A stretch of DNA of 64,000 nucleotides from Nemertoderma westbladi (GCA_032718475.1 JAUCBJ010001286.1:95255-159254), one strand, 5' to 3'; positions 1 through 13,440 are shown, numbered from the stretch's first letter. Made by a program: numbers and translations. Notes: generated from the letters alone by a model not told the origin.

Positions 1-2545
1 TCCGTATGCGTCTGTACTAGTTCTGTATGCACCTCTACACTAGTTCTGTATACACGTCTACACTAGTTCCGTATGCACCTCTACACTTGTTCTGTATCCA
101 TTTCTACACTAGTTCCGTATGCGTCTGTACTAGTTCTGTATACACGTCTACACTAGTTCCATATGCACCTCTACACTTGTTCTGTATCCATTTCTATACT
201 AGTTCCATATGTACCTCTACACTTGTTCAGTATCCATTTCTATACTAGTTCCGTATGCACCTCTACACTTGTTCTGTATCCATTTCTATACTAGTTCCGT
301 ATGCGTCTGTACTAGTTCTGTATACACGTCTACACTAGTCCCGTATGCACCTCTACACTTGTTCTGTATCCATTTCTATACTAGTTCCGTATGCACCTCT
401 ACACTTGTTCTGTATCCATTTCTATACTAGTTCCGTATGCGTCTGTACTAGTTCTGTATGCACCTCTACACTAGTTCTGTATACACGTCTACACTAGTTC
501 CGTATGCACCTCTACACTTGTTCTGTATCCATTTCTACACTAGTTCCGTATGCGTCTGTACTAGTTCTGTATACACGTCTACACTAGTTCCATATGCACC
601 TCTACACTTGTTCTGTATCCATTTCTATACTAGTTCCGTATGCGTCTGTACTAGTTCTGTATACACGTCTACACTAGTTCCGTATGCACCTCTACACTTG
701 TTCTGTATCTATTTCTACACTAGTTCCGTATGCGTCTGTACTAGTTCTGTATACACGTCTACACTAGTTCCGTATGAACCTCTACACTTGTTCTGTATCC
801 ATTTCTATACTAGTTCCGTATGCACCTCTACACTTGTTCTGTATCCATTTCTATACTAGTTCCGTATGCGTCTGTACTAGTTCTGTATACACGTCTACAC
901 AAGTTCCGTATGCACCTCTACACTTGTTCTGTATCCATTTCTATACTAGTTCCGTATGCACCTCTACACTTGTTCTGTATCCATTTCTATACTAGTTCCG
1001 TATGCGTCTGTACTAGTTCTGTATACACGTCTACACTAGTTCCGTATGCACCTCTACACTTGTTCTGTATCCAATTCTACACTAGTTCCTTGCGTTTACA
1101 CTAGTTCCGAATGCACCTCTACACTTGTTCTGTATCCATTTCTATACTAGTTCCGTATGCACCTCTAGACATGTTCTGTATCCATTTCTATACTAGTTCC
1201 GTATGTACCTCTACACTTGTTCTGTATCCATTTCTATACTAGTTCCGTATGCGTCTGTACTAGTTCTGTATACACGTCTACACTAGTTCCGTATGCACCT
1301 CTACACTTGTTCTGTATCCAATTCTACACTAGTTCCTTGCGTTTACACTAATTCCGAATGCACCTCTACACTTGTTCTGTATCCATTTCTATACTAGTTC
1401 CGTATGCACCTCTAGACTTGTTCTGTATCCATTTCTATACTAGTTCCGTATGTACCTCTACACTTGTTCTGTATCCATTTCTATACTAGTTCCGTATGCG
1501 TCTGTACTAGTTCTGTATACACGTCTACACTAGTTCCGTATGCACCTCTACACTTGTTCTGTATCCAATTCTACACTAGTTCCGTATGCGTCTGTACTTG
1601 TTCTGTATACACGTCTACACTAGTTCCGTATGCACCTCTACACTTGTTCTGTATCTATTTCTACACTAGTTCCGTATGCGTCTGTACTTGTTCTGTATAC
1701 ACTTCTACACTAGTTCCTTGCGTTTACACTAGTTCCGAATGCACCTCTACACTTGTTCTGTATCCATTTCTACACTAGTTCCGTATGCGTCTGTACTAGT
1801 TCTGTATATACACGTATACACTAGTTCCGTATGCACCTCTACACTTGTTCTGTATCCATTTCTACACTAGTTCCGTATGCGTCCGTACTAGTTCTGTATA
1901 CACGTCTACACTAGTTCCGTATGCACCTCTACACTTGTTCTGTATCCAATTCTACACTAGTTCCGTATGCGTCTGTACTTGTTCTGTATACACTTCTACA
2001 CTAGTTCCTTGCGTTTACACTAGTTCCGAATGCACCTCTACACTTGTTCTGTATCCATTTCTACACTAGTTCCGTATGCGTCCGTACTAGTTCTGTATAC
2101 ACGTATACACTAGTTCCGTATGCACCTCTACACTTGTTCTGTATCCATTTCTACACTAGTTCCGTATGCGTCCGTACTAGTTCTGTATACACGTCTACAC
2201 TAGTTCCGTATGCACCTCTACACTTGTTCTGTATCCATTTCTATACTAGTTCCGTATGCGTCTGTACTAGTTCTGTATACACGTCTACACTAGTTCCGTA
2301 TGCGTCTGTACTAGTTCTGTATCCATTTATACACGTCTACACTTGTTCTACCTCCATTTCTACACTAGTTCCGTATGCGTCCGTACTAGTTCTGTATACA
2401 CGTCTACACTAGTTCCGTATGCACCTCTACACTTGTTCTGTATCCATTTCTATACTAGTTCCGTATGCGTCCGTACTAGTTCTGTATACACGTCTACACT
2501 AGTTCCTTGCGTTTACACTAGTTCCGTATGCCACTGCACTAGTTC
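1..2545. repeat. Satellite array of 19-23 bp subunits (CTAGTTC/CTTGTTC-initiated) with a frequent 90-bp higher-order unit; runs off the window start
   Basis: Subunits ctagttccgtatgcacctctaca, cttgttctgtatccatttctata, ctagttccgtatgcgtctgta and ctagttctgtatacacgtctaca repeat in variable order; period 90 is visible at e.g. 541/631/721. Confidence 0.97.
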
Positions 2546-2708
2546 CGCACGCACATAAACTAGTATCTCTATTCGAATTATACTGATTTCAATAGCAAAA
2601 ACGCAGACGGATTTTTTATAATTTGTCATTGTGACAGATGTTAACGGTACCGGTATCAAGATATTAATGTAACATGTCCCATACTGAAGGAAAAATTTGT
2701 TAAGAAAA

Positions 2709-4295
2709 ATGGATAAAATTCCAGCAGTTATTCTAAACAATAACTGCCGATTATTAACGTTAAAAGAAATCTGCATTGTCAATATAACCCAGACATTGGC
2801 TGCAGGAATAGTTAATACAGAATCTAAGAAGTGGGAACACAACTTAGCTGAACACCAACTACAAGATCACAGAAACACCCTCCGTGACTGGCTGAAAGAA
2901 CATGAACTCACTATTCACCTACACAATGATCTACGGAAGTTCATTTTACATTCATACGATATTGCGTTTGAAGAGTTATATATTATATACAAAAGGCTAT
3001 CAGATACTGATGACCAGCTACAAATTCCATCATTGCTTGACATCATGAAGACCTATAGAAATATATATTTCTATCAATGTTTTGGTAAACTTGATGTCAA
3101 TCTTGGCGATGAGTTTCAAGTTGAATATTATCCCTATACATATATCAATGGAACTATACTGTTATACTGGCTCCCTCAATTAGCTTCTAAATTGAGGTCA
3201 CTATCTGTTTCTCAATTAGATTACGACTATAACACAGCCCTTGACATAATTTTTAACTTTGCTAAATATAATGTCCTCACAACTATAAAGATCAATGGAA
3301 TAAATGATTCCATTCTTACTAGAATTATAAAGAACTGCCCAAACCTAGTGATTCTACACATACCTACATCAAGCATCACCTTCACTGGACTAGTGCCTCT
3401 TTATAATTTGCAAGAATTGCGGGAGCTGAATATTATATCGTGTATTAGTTTAGAAATTAATGAAATAATCAGTTTACATACGTTGCTCCATCGAGTCAAC
3501 TTTATTATAGATAATACGGTATCGATATTTGAATGTTTAATTGGTAACCAATTGGAACTTAAAATGCACATCGACGAAATTCGTTTTCCACATATTAGCA
3601 TTGATGATCGCCACATTCAGGCATGCCTGAGACCGACAAATACTACCCCAAATATCAGACAATTTCTTATTTATTTTAAGTCTACTATCAACAGTCTTAC
3701 ATTGAACATTCATGGTCGTGATTGGGATCTAGAAATATTTGAGTTCTTTGAATGTTTCCCTAACCTATCTCATTTGAAGATAGAGACGACTGGACAACAC
3801 TTTCCCGAAGCTATGGCGCTAGCGGTTGCCAGAAGAATTGGTTTACCTCAAGTCACGGATTTAACACTGGATTTGGCAGTAATTCGTCTTTCTTTAACTA
3901 AATTAGGCAACATGTTTACCAACTTAAAGACTTTGGACTACAGAGGTATATTTGATCACCCAACTAACCAAGTAGTTATGAATTCGCTCTATAGTCTCCG
4001 AATAGAAACATTACATGTCGACCGCATTCTATTATTGTCACTGCAACGTCTGTATTCATTAAAAAAACTTTGGATTCGCATAACTGGAGTTAATTTTGGA
4101 GAGCCAGTGGACCAAACGTTGTCAGAAGTAACCGGGAATATCTTCGATAGTGGTACATTCGATGATCTAGAGGCATTTAGTTTATTGTGTGACTCTGATT
4201 CTACGCCAGCAATAGAATACTTAGCTGGTTCTGTCTGGAGACGATGTATGAAGTTGCAGTATTTTAATGTGAAATGGCCAAACTTATTTGCCTAG
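2709..4295 (+). CDS. Intronless leucine-rich-repeat (RNI-like) protein with putative N-terminal BC-box
   Basis: 528-codon open frame from ATG 2709; LRR-like segments (IIKNCPNLVILHI, LQELRELNI, FPNLSHLKI, FTNLKTLDY); N-terminal TLKEICIVNI fits the [TSP]LxxxCxxx[VIL] pattern. Confidence 0.7.
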   Translation: MDKIPAVILNNNCRLLTLKEICIVNITQTLAAGIVNTESKKWEHNLAEHQLQDHRNTLRDWLKEHELTIHLHNDLRKFILHSYDIAFEELYIIYKRLSDTDDQLQIPSLLDIMKTYRNIYFYQCFGKLDVNLGDEFQVEYYPYTYINGTILLYWLPQLASKLRSLSVSQLDYDYNTALDIIFNFAKYNVLTTIKINGINDSILTRIIKNCPNLVILHIPTSSITFTGLVPLYNLQELRELNIISCISLEINEIISLHTLLHRVNFIIDNTVSIFECLIGNQLELKMHIDEIRFPHISIDDRHIQACLRPTNTTPNIRQFLIYFKSTINSLTLNIHGRDWDLEIFEFFECFPNLSHLKIETTGQHFPEAMALAVARRIGLPQVTDLTLDLAVIRLSLTKLGNMFTNLKTLDYRGIFDHPTNQVVMNSLYSLRIETLHVDRILLLSLQRLYSLKKLWIRITGVNFGEPVDQTLSEVTGNIFDSGTFDDLEAFSLLCDSDSTPAIEYLAGSVWRRCMKLQYFNVKWPNLFA

Positions 4296-5399
4296 GCTAC
4301 TATCTACATTGAGAAAGAGCATCTTGCAAAATCTGCTGAATAATTTTATTGTATGTTTGTACACTTTAATTTGAATAAGATCCATGTGATGTATATGACA
4401 TGTCTAGTTCCAGTTCATATTAACTTTCGTGTGTCATATATTTCATGAATTTGTGACACCCATTACTCGAACCGCAGTCAACTCATTAATCGTTGTACCA
4501 CCGCATTCTATTGTACAATAAAATATCATAGAACCCAATAACCAGGCATAGCACTTCCCTACCCCAAGAGACCAAAAATACCAAACCGGAATTCTCTCAG
4601 AGAAAACCATCCTATCAAATTTATCTATAAATTATAAATATATGTTTAGTATGCCAACGTCACTCACTTACATTATCATCGTTCATCAATAATCATAAGA
4701 AACCTTTTAACATTAGGACTAAAAATATATTTTTGCAGTACAAATGTGAACATACTAGGACATAGCAGAACAAATTAAATACAGCCCTAAAATAGACATA
4801 GACGATGACATATACACGAGTGAAAGGACAAGCAGAAATCATAATAATTTAAGAAGTGAATGATTGTATTTTAATTATATTTTTAATTAAATTACATTCT
4901 TACCAGCCACCAAATTTTATTTATCTATTATAATCATGCATCCATATGACTACCCTCCTGGGCTGGTAACCAGAATAAGGCTTAACCTCATCTTTACTTC
5001 TCCAGTAGCACCCACTGAATGGCCAATGTACCTTTAAAGCCCTGCATTTGTCATATAAAAGCGGAGCTAGCTCAAGCTAGGTTCCAGCCCCGCCAGGATT
5101 CACTAATACTTTCGCCCAACTGTTTGCTTCGGCTTCCCCTCTTGCTGACCATGTGTTACTTCCTGCTGAAATTAGTGATGTCCTTGTACCTATATATAAT
5201 CGAAATGCTGCATTGCAGCTGCTCTAAGAATGCTATTTCGGCTATCAGAAAAATTCTACCTTCACAACTCCCTATGGCACTCATGAATTTTGCGAGTTTA
5301 TTTGCTTTTAAGATGTACCTCTAGAATGTTATAAGCTGTCCAACTAGACTAATTCACTAAGTCACTGTTAAGTCACTAGTCTAGTCTCAGTTAATACCC

Positions 5400-8220
5400 T
5401 AACACTCGGCTCCCCAATGCGACAAGGTGAGCTGAGAGCTGACTGCCTTGGGAGATAAGCTTTCCCTTAGCGGAGCGTGTATTCAACGGCACCGAATGCG
5501 GACTGGACAGACTGATGAGGCTCTGATTAAGAACATGGGGGGCGGTTGGCGACTCGCCCTCGCATTAGCAGATGATAGTGGTAATGGTGTAATTGGTCTA
5601 TTGATGAATCCAACTGCCCATGAAGCATTGTACAAAATAGACCAAATCTCTAACCGCATCATCCATTGCCACTTCTCATGTTCTGGAGGACTGGCTAAGA
5701 AGTTTCCTAAAGTGGTTCTGATTGTGTGCTACTCTCCAAACTAGTGTTGCCCCAGTAGCGGACGTGGAAAATTTCTACCATATTCTACAAGCAGCTACTG
5801 ATGGAGTGGATCAGCATGCATTCTTAACTTTCCTGGGTGACTTTAATGCAAGTCTGCATCACTCGTCCACATCGCCCTGGGTCTATAGCATTAGTGTTAA
5901 CCGAAATTCCATCCATCTTCAGGATTTCATCTCTGGAAATGGACTGTTTTCGGCTGGAACTCTACTGTAAAGCTATGGACTGACAATGGACCCAGTGGCC
6001 ACAAGTCCCAAATAGACCACATTCTGTTTCGTAGGAAATACAGGAGCTCTGTACAAGACTGTAGTGCATTTACACTTCGGCCCTTCTCTAGTGATCACCG
6101 CCTTATAGTGACCAAGGTAAGACTTAGTCTCCGTTCGTTCGTTCGTCCAACAGAATTACGAAATCTGCTTTACCATGGCATGACTGGTCCTCTCTGTTCC
6201 AACAGCCCAGTATGAGATCCAGCTTCACACTAAAGCTGAGCAACATGTACGAGGTTCGCACCTCTGAGGCAACAGATCATTACGAGGGCTATACTGCCTT
6301 CACAGAAGCAGTTAAGTTAGCAGCTACAGAAACAGTTCCTGTATACCCTCGAAACAGGAAAAAGGCCCCCTGGACTGACCACAAAATTCGGAAGACATCT
6401 ATAAGGCAAAGAAATAGGCGAAGATAGACTACAGCAGCGGCCAAGAATCTACAATGTAAACTGTTAATCTCCAGGAGCTTATAAACCAACGGGTTGATGC
6501 CATCAATAATGCCGACGATAGCAGGCAATCATCCCAGGCATGTAAATCTATCAACTTACTTACTGGGCGGAAAAGCCAACCATCCACCAAGGTTAAGGCA
6601 GAATCACCAGCCGATCGCCTCAATTTTAATTGTTGATTTTGAATTTGGCCCACTTTGAAAAGCTCCTCAATAATGACAGGGCATTGCCTGATAACTTTAT
6701 AGAAGTAAAAGTGTCTGAGTATGTACTCCCAGATATTCCCATTGGTGATATCTCCTTTGCTGAAGTGAAGATCTTTAAATTGCCTGAATGTTTGGAACTT
6801 ACTTATCCCATCATATTAGACATGTACAAAACGACAAGAGTCCCACAAGAAATGAAAACGAATACGTTGGTGCCAGTTCCCAAGAAGGGCAAACTAACAC
6901 TTTATGGTTATTTTCGAGGAATCTTATTGATCTCGATTGCTGCAAAGCTATACAATAGAATTCTATTAAATCGCATCAGGGATCCCATTGAGAGACTGCT
7001 CCGTGGAAATCAGAATGGGTTCCGTAAAGTTCGTTTGACCATGGAGCCCATTTTGGCACTTAGAAGGATAATTGAAGAGTTATCAAAAAAGAAAGACAGG
7101 CATCTGGCTGTTACCTTTGTTGACTTCTTCAAGGCCTTTGATTCAGTCTCTCGCTCACGTATGTTCAGCATACTTTCATTATATGGGATTCCAGATGAAA
7201 TTATTGCAGCAATCAGATCAGTATCAGGTGGTTCGACATTTGTGTCTACTGTTGAGGGTGACACAGAACCATTTGAAGTGTTATGGGGCGTCCTCCGGGG
7301 AGACACACTTGCACCATTCTTGTTTATAATTGTGGTTGACTATGTTCTACGCATGTCCTTAGATCATCATAATGATGATGGGATGATGATAACTCCACCT
7401 ACTGGCTCCAGAAGTCGAGGAAATCCTGCCAAGTACCTAAATGATCTAGACTTTGCTGATGACATAGGAATACTCTCAGAATCAATAGAGGGAGCCCAAC
7501 GGCTCCTCAGCTCATTAGAACATGCTGCTTCTAGTGTTGGTCTCTTTGTTAACTACAAAAAGACCAAAATTTTGACAGTAAACTTTGAAAGTCCTTTGTT
7601 TTAACTTTGAAAATCTCTGATCGGATGAGCATAAGCTCAAAGGAGGGTGTGCTTGAGCATGTGGACGACTTCTGTTACCTGGGAGCATGGATCTGGAAGT
7701 AAGGTGAGAACCTTAGAATACGTAATGGAAACGCATATGGGCAGCTTTTAATGGACTTTCCAGGATTTGGAAGTCACATAGAAATCATCGGAATCTTAAG
7801 GTCCGATTATTTAGAGTAGCAGTAGTTCCAGTACTCCTCTATGGGAGTCCATGCTGGGCTCTAACTGTTATGGACACCAAGACACTGGATGGCACATTCG
7901 CAAGACGTACAATGCACACATCTCCAACCAGACACAATATAACATTGGAGGTGTTTCGATGTTCCCTCCAGCTTGATACTAGAATAAAGCCGCCTCCACT
8001 TTGCAGGACATTGTTTTCGCCGCGAGGACCAGCCTGTGCACAATCTTGTGCTTTGGCAGCCCCATGGAGAAAATAAGCATGGTTGACAGCCCATGACTTT
8101 CGTGAGACGCCTCCTAAAGGCCACGGACCTTGAAGATGCGGATAATTTCGCGAAAGTCATGGGGGATAGTGAGTTGTGGCGGTGCAACTTTGTTGATAAG
8201 GCGGCATAGCATTCGTAATG
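5400..8220 (+). mobile_element. Degenerate non-LTR retrotransposon (RTE-like; APE endonuclease + RT) with multiple stops/frameshifts
   Basis: APE motifs ISNRII, VCYSP, LGDFNA, IDHIL, SDHRL; RT motifs QNGFR, FVDFFKAFDSV, GDTLAPFLF, DFADD; C-terminal RLHFAGHCFR near 7990. Boundaries approximate. Confidence 0.9.
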
Positions 8221-8761
8221 CATGCTGCATTGGGCTTGCCAATTGTAGATTGCATGGTGGTGACAAAATGTTTTTGTAAAGCTGGCATAGCATCTCAATA
8301 TGCAGTTTCAATGCAGCAGGCCGATTATAATAGTAGTAGTTTATCACATGATCTTTGGTCTACTACTGTGCTAATTGTACTTATCGTATCGTACTATTTA
8401 TTATACTTAGTAGACTACTTTGATCTTCTCTTTTGGAAGCGGTCTACTAAAATGCTCATTTAATTAGTTTAGGCTATTATTCCAGCCCAAATAGGTGAAA
8501 AAATTTGGTTTTCCTTTTCACTTGTTCTCGAAAGAGGCACTCTATAACAACCAAAGTGCCTGCTCTTCATCAAAGACACATTAAAGCGGGAAATTTGAAT
8601 TCACCAAAAACAGCAATCTTGTTTGTAATGAATGACTGTCCTCACTGGTAGTGTGCTGCAGTAGAGTATTTATTTACGATTTGCCTTATTTTTTTTCAAA
8701 CGGACATCCGTCAAACTGTGTTGTTACATAATCCAATAAATAACGGACGTTCCTTTATACG

Positions 8762-9547
8762 ATGAGTCTCCCACTGATAGAACTAACTGGTAAAGTAGCC
8801 CTTATCACGGGCGCGAGTTCGGGAATCGGCGCCCGTACGGGCATTCTATTCAGCCAACTGGGCGCGCGAGTCGCCTTGACCGGTCGCAAACCGGTCCCAC
8901 TCGACTCTACCGCATTACAATGCGAGAAACCTCCCTGCGGCGAAGTATTCCGGAAGAGCTGCGATCTTTCCGATGAGAAACAATGTCGGGATCTAATAGA
9001 CGCTGTTATTGAACGGTACGGCAGACTGGATGTCCTCGTGAACGTGGCGGGGATTCTACTAACAGGCACGTTAGAATCTACAACATCTCAACAGTACGAC
9101 GAATTATTCGATGTAAACGTGAAAGCACCGTTCCGTCTTAGCCAAATGGTCCTGCCATACTTAGAAGAATCTCGCGGTAACATAGTTAATGTGTCGAGCG
9201 TTAACGGAATGCGCTCTTTCCCCGGGGTCACGGCTTACAATATGAGTAAAGCGGCTATGGACCACATGACGAGGAGTACGGCTCTCGAGTTGGCGCCCAA
9301 AGGTATTCGAGTGAACTGCGTGAACCCAGGGGTCACAGTGACTGACCTACATCGTCGGGCGGGTCAGGATGAAAGCACCTACGCCGCCTTCCTGGAGCGA
9401 GCCAAGTCTACGCATCCGCTGGGACGCCCAGGGGAGCCCGTTGATGTTGCTAATGCTATAGCATTCCTAGCTAGTGGGGCTGCTTCTTTTATAACTGGGG
9501 TTACTATGCCAGTGGATGGAGGACGCCATGCTACATGTCTGCGTTAA
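8762..9547 (+). CDS. Classical short-chain dehydrogenase/reductase (FabG-like), intronless
   Basis: TGASSGIG Rossmann motif, NVAG, catalytic YNMSK, IRVNCVNPG, C-terminal VDGG. Confidence 0.95.
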   Translation: MSLPLIELTGKVALITGASSGIGARTGILFSQLGARVALTGRKPVPLDSTALQCEKPPCGEVFRKSCDLSDEKQCRDLIDAVIERYGRLDVLVNVAGILLTGTLESTTSQQYDELFDVNVKAPFRLSQMVLPYLEESRGNIVNVSSVNGMRSFPGVTAYNMSKAAMDHMTRSTALELAPKGIRVNCVNPGVTVTDLHRRAGQDESTYAAFLERAKSTHPLGRPGEPVDVANAIAFLASGAASFITGVTMPVDGGRHATCLR

Positions 9548-12066
9548 ACAATAAGTTATTATTGCAGTGCTGTATTTGTGGAGTACTTCGAATCATATAC
9601 TTCTGGAGATATTTATTGCTTATTAAATAAATTGTGAAGTAATCGTGAATCATCGAATATGTATGTAATTTAGAGATTAAATTTAGTTTCTATGACGTGG
9701 TGGTGGTTTTCTGATAAGATCTCAATTAATAATGGTGACATGAAATGTATATTTCAACTCTGGTCCATATAAATATTAAATAAAGTTTATTGATTAAAAT
9801 ATATTCTTAAGGTTCTAATGAATCCTTTGAATAAAATTGAATGATCAAAAGGGAATTTAATCCTATTTCGCTATCATTGATTCGGTAAAAATATCATACG
9901 AAATACACGCGCCTCCCGCTTAGAACGTCAGAAAACCAGAATAGTAGATAATAAGAATAACTTCGAATTTGGAGTATCTTTTTATTTCTTCGTGGCATGA
10001 GATCTCATGAAACCATGAAAGACAACTAAGTTATTACGTTCCATACGCAGTAACTTCGTCACTTACCTGAAACTGAAAATTGTAGAACGAACTGTACATG
10101 TCATTAATAGTCTGAATCTAAAAGGCATAGAAATGCATTAACTTATTCATGGTCACTATAGTGACCATGAATGGAAAAAAAATTTCAATATATTGCTAAT
10201 ACCGCTTCGCGCAGCACGTGACAAACTCAAGAGTTTTTATAATTTTTGCAAAAAAGTTAATTTTAAATTGAGCGACATTTCCTCAATTTTCATTAAATTT
10301 ATAGGCAGTCCAGCGTAGGTATTCAATGATGTTAATAAATTTTGTCAGGAGAGAGCGATATTCCCTTCGCGCAGCATGTGAGAAAAAATATTTTTCCATT
10401 GTATATTTTTTAAGTATTACGCACTCCTTGTGAGGACTACAAAACAAACAACTAACACAATCATACGTCAAGTGCATTGTGCATTGGATATATGTAGGTC
10501 TACTGTAATTACTGCTGTACAGCATACCGTACCGTTAATTTGCAATTGTATAGGCCTAGTATATGTAGTTTGCAATAATTTTTTTTAATAGAATTTTTAA
10601 TTGTATTGTAACGCAACGAAATACCGGTGATGGTATTTTGTAATTTGTAATAATTGGTGTTAATTTAGTTGCATTTTGTTATACTCTTCGCAGTTTCCGC
10701 AAATTTAATGCATTTGTTATGATATTCACTTTATTAAATCAATATATAAATTTTTAAATATCATCATAGTTTTAAATAGTTACTAAAGTGTTTCATCACC
10801 GGCATACATAAATAGCCAGAATGGTAATTAAAAGTATAACTCTTTCCCCGCAGGCATAGATAAATAGCCAGAATGGTAATTAAGGGGGGTGGGGTAGCCC
10901 AGCCCCCCCCCCCCCCCCCCTAACAGCGAACCCGCGGAAACCCCCATAAATATAATTTTAGCTCGGTGGTGTGCTTCCTTCCTCTCAGACACTATTAACC
11001 AACCAGACCCCATACAGGTAGTATCGACACAAAATCTGGAAAAATCGGGAAGGGGGAAATGTGCCAAATTTACATTTTAAAAGTGCTAAATGTAGGCTAC
11101 TACTATTTGTAATAACCATCGGTGGGCCAGGAATTATCTTTAGAGATAGCCATCAATATTCTAGAACATCACATTTTTTACATTTGTGTTTACAGGATTT
11201 ATTTTAGATTTGTTTTATTATTATATTTATACACGCTATTGCACACGATTGTGATTGATATTTGGATTGTATTAAGATCTTGGATTGGAAAGTAAAAAAT
11301 GCCTAATGCGTATGGCATTAGGCGAATTTCAATCATTATTATTGTTACATCATTATGTTTCGATATATACATGGTTTACATTGTTATATTGTTTCGCATA
11401 AATCAGTAATAAATACAGTAAAAATATTCAATTTAGCTGAAATCTGATTGTTTTGAAGATTTATATTCGATTCAGCTTTGCTAATAGGAATATTAAACTA
11501 CCTACTAACTCGCTTCGCATGTAAATGGCACTAGATTTGCTGTATGGCTGTATGTATCTCGGGATCAATTATTATTGTCACTCGCTGTGCTCGCTCCACC
11601 AAATATAATTCCAGCAAGCAAGTTTACATGCTTGCATACTTATATTGTTTGCATAAGTTTTTCATGTAATTAGTGAAGCCATGATTCCGATTCTACTGTA
11701 GTACATGTTTGCAATAAACTATTTTTGAAGCGCTTTAATGTGTAAAAGGACACCATTTTAAAATATAAATTTGGCATATTTCCCCGTTGCCGATTTTTCC
11801 CAATTTTGTGTATGACATTCCTGGATATATATAGAACAAATCGCAAAATAAAAAAAACTATTGCAATTTGTTCTAGGTTCCCCCTTTTTTTTGGACTAAT
11901 TTGACTAGACTATTAACCTTTACCCAAAATAAAACCCTGTTCTTTGTGATCCTAAATAAAAGAAAATTAACAGAATGAAGATCTATATTTGATATTGATA
12001 AATTTTTCTTCTATATATATTTACAACCGAAAAATCAGCCTCAAACAAAATTAAATAATCGTGACA

Positions 12067-13062
12067 CTATTTCTGTCGAGCCGAGACCCTCGCAAAGTAC
12101 CTCTCCCTAGCGGCGGCTATTGTCTCTTCCGTATTGCGTTTAGCGAATATGTTTATAATAGCGTGCTTGGTAGATAAACTATCCCCCTTTTTATTTGTTT
12201 CTGTCTGGATCTCCTCGTCAGCTGAACAGCCCGATTCGTTGGTGCTAGCGGAGTCATCTGCGTCTAGGGGGTCGTGGTTCAGTTCCTCCTTGATGATCGG
12301 TTGGTCTGTCCGTCCGTCGGGTTGCCTACCAGTCCTTCCGTCCGAATGTCTGTCTGTTCGGCCGTGCGGTTGTCTATCTGTCCGTACGTCGGGGTGTCTG
12401 ACAGGCAGTCCGTCTGATTGTCTGTCTGTTCGGCCGTCGGGTTGTAGGTTTGTCCGTACGTCGGGTCCACCTGATTGTCCGTCTTCCATTCCATCAGTTC
12501 TCTGTTTCAGTAAATGCCCATAGAACATTGACATATCGCCGACCTTCTTGGGGTCCAGCTTATCTTCCAACTCTTTATCCTTCGCCTCCTTAGCTTCTAA
12601 CTCCTCCAACTCTTCTAGTTTCGCTTTGTATGCCGACGATATAAACTCCTCCTCTTCGCTCCCATCTCCCGTCGCTTCCCGTTCCCGCTGTATCTTCCGT
12701 TGATATCTCCGTTCGTTATTCAGTTTCCTACGCGACGCCTGAGCCAATAAACCTTCTACGTACCGCGGTTCATCTCTCTTATTAACTTCCGTCGACGGAT
12801 TCACTTTATTTCTATTAAACTCATCGTAAACAGCGTCGTATTCGTAAACATTGGGATCCTCGTTCAGCGCGTTGCTCATCTCGATTTGAGCCTGCCGCTG
12901 TTTCTTCGCGGCGATTTTGTTGATTTCGTAATTAATCGCTTGTTTCGGGTGATCTTCTTCGCTCGACGAGTTACCGAACACCGTGGTTCGCCGAATCGCG
13001 CTCGGTCGAACGCGAATCTTCTTGTTGAAAGATAAACCGTAAACTTTCGATGAGTTATCCAT
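12067..13062 (-). CDS. NSRP1: Nuclear speckle splicing regulatory protein 1 (CCDC55) homolog, intronless
   Basis: N-terminal KVYGL, EDPNVYEYDAVYDE, ERRYQRKIQRERE, EEFISSAYKAKLEE and C-terminal FAKRNTEETIAAARERYFAR are characteristic of the family. Confidence 0.88.
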   Translation of the reverse strand: MDNSSKVYGLSFNKKIRVRPSAIRRTTVFGNSSSEEDHPKQAINYEINKIAAKKQRQAQIEMSNALNEDPNVYEYDAVYDEFNRNKVNPSTEVNKRDEPRYVEGLLAQASRRKLNNERRYQRKIQREREATGDGSEEEEFISSAYKAKLEELEELEAKEAKDKELEDKLDPKKVGDMSMFYGHLLKQRTDGMEDGQSGGPDVRTNLQPDGRTDRQSDGLPVRHPDVRTDRQPHGRTDRHSDGRTGRQPDGRTDQPIIKEELNHDPLDADDSASTNESGCSADEEIQTETNKKGDSLSTKHAIINIFAKRNTEETIAAARERYFARVSARQK

Positions 13063-13214
13063 TTCTATTACAGTATTACTGTATTAGGCTTAGGCCTTTT
13101 GACTAATACCGGTACTGACTTAATTACTTAATTAGAAGGGTCGGCTGGGCTGCCTCGCCTCGCTTCCTTCCACTAATCAATAATTATTCCTAGTCAAGCA
13201 CGGGTCCACTCCAC

Positions 13215-13440
13215 GGGTGTAAACGTTACGCCGACAAACTACAGCAGACAACCGATACCAGGCAACCGACAGCAGACAACCGACAGCAGACAACCGATAC
13301 CAAACAACCGACAGCAGACAATAACCGACAGGAGACAACCGACAGAGACAACCGACAGCAGACAACCGACAGCAGACAACCGACAGAGACAACCGACTGC
13401 CGCAGACAACTAACATCAGACAGAGCAGACAACCGAACTG
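13215..13440 (+). repeat. Left arm of a GGGTGTAAACG-type inverted-repeat element with (ACAGCAGACAACCG)n subrepeats
   Basis: Begins gggtgtaaacgttacgccgacaa, matching the TIR at 60213; followed by ~14-bp subrepeats. Confidence 0.7.

Noticed and set aside
27-2558. Repetitive Cys/Tyr/Thr-rich ORFs in the first array
   Set aside because: By-products of the 90-bp period; frames break wherever subunit order changes.
8762-9547. Bacterial HGT or contamination origin for the intronless SDR
   Set aside because: Neighbouring clearly eukaryotic genes are also intronless, and similar FabG-like SDRs are common in invertebrates; a phylogeny would be needed.
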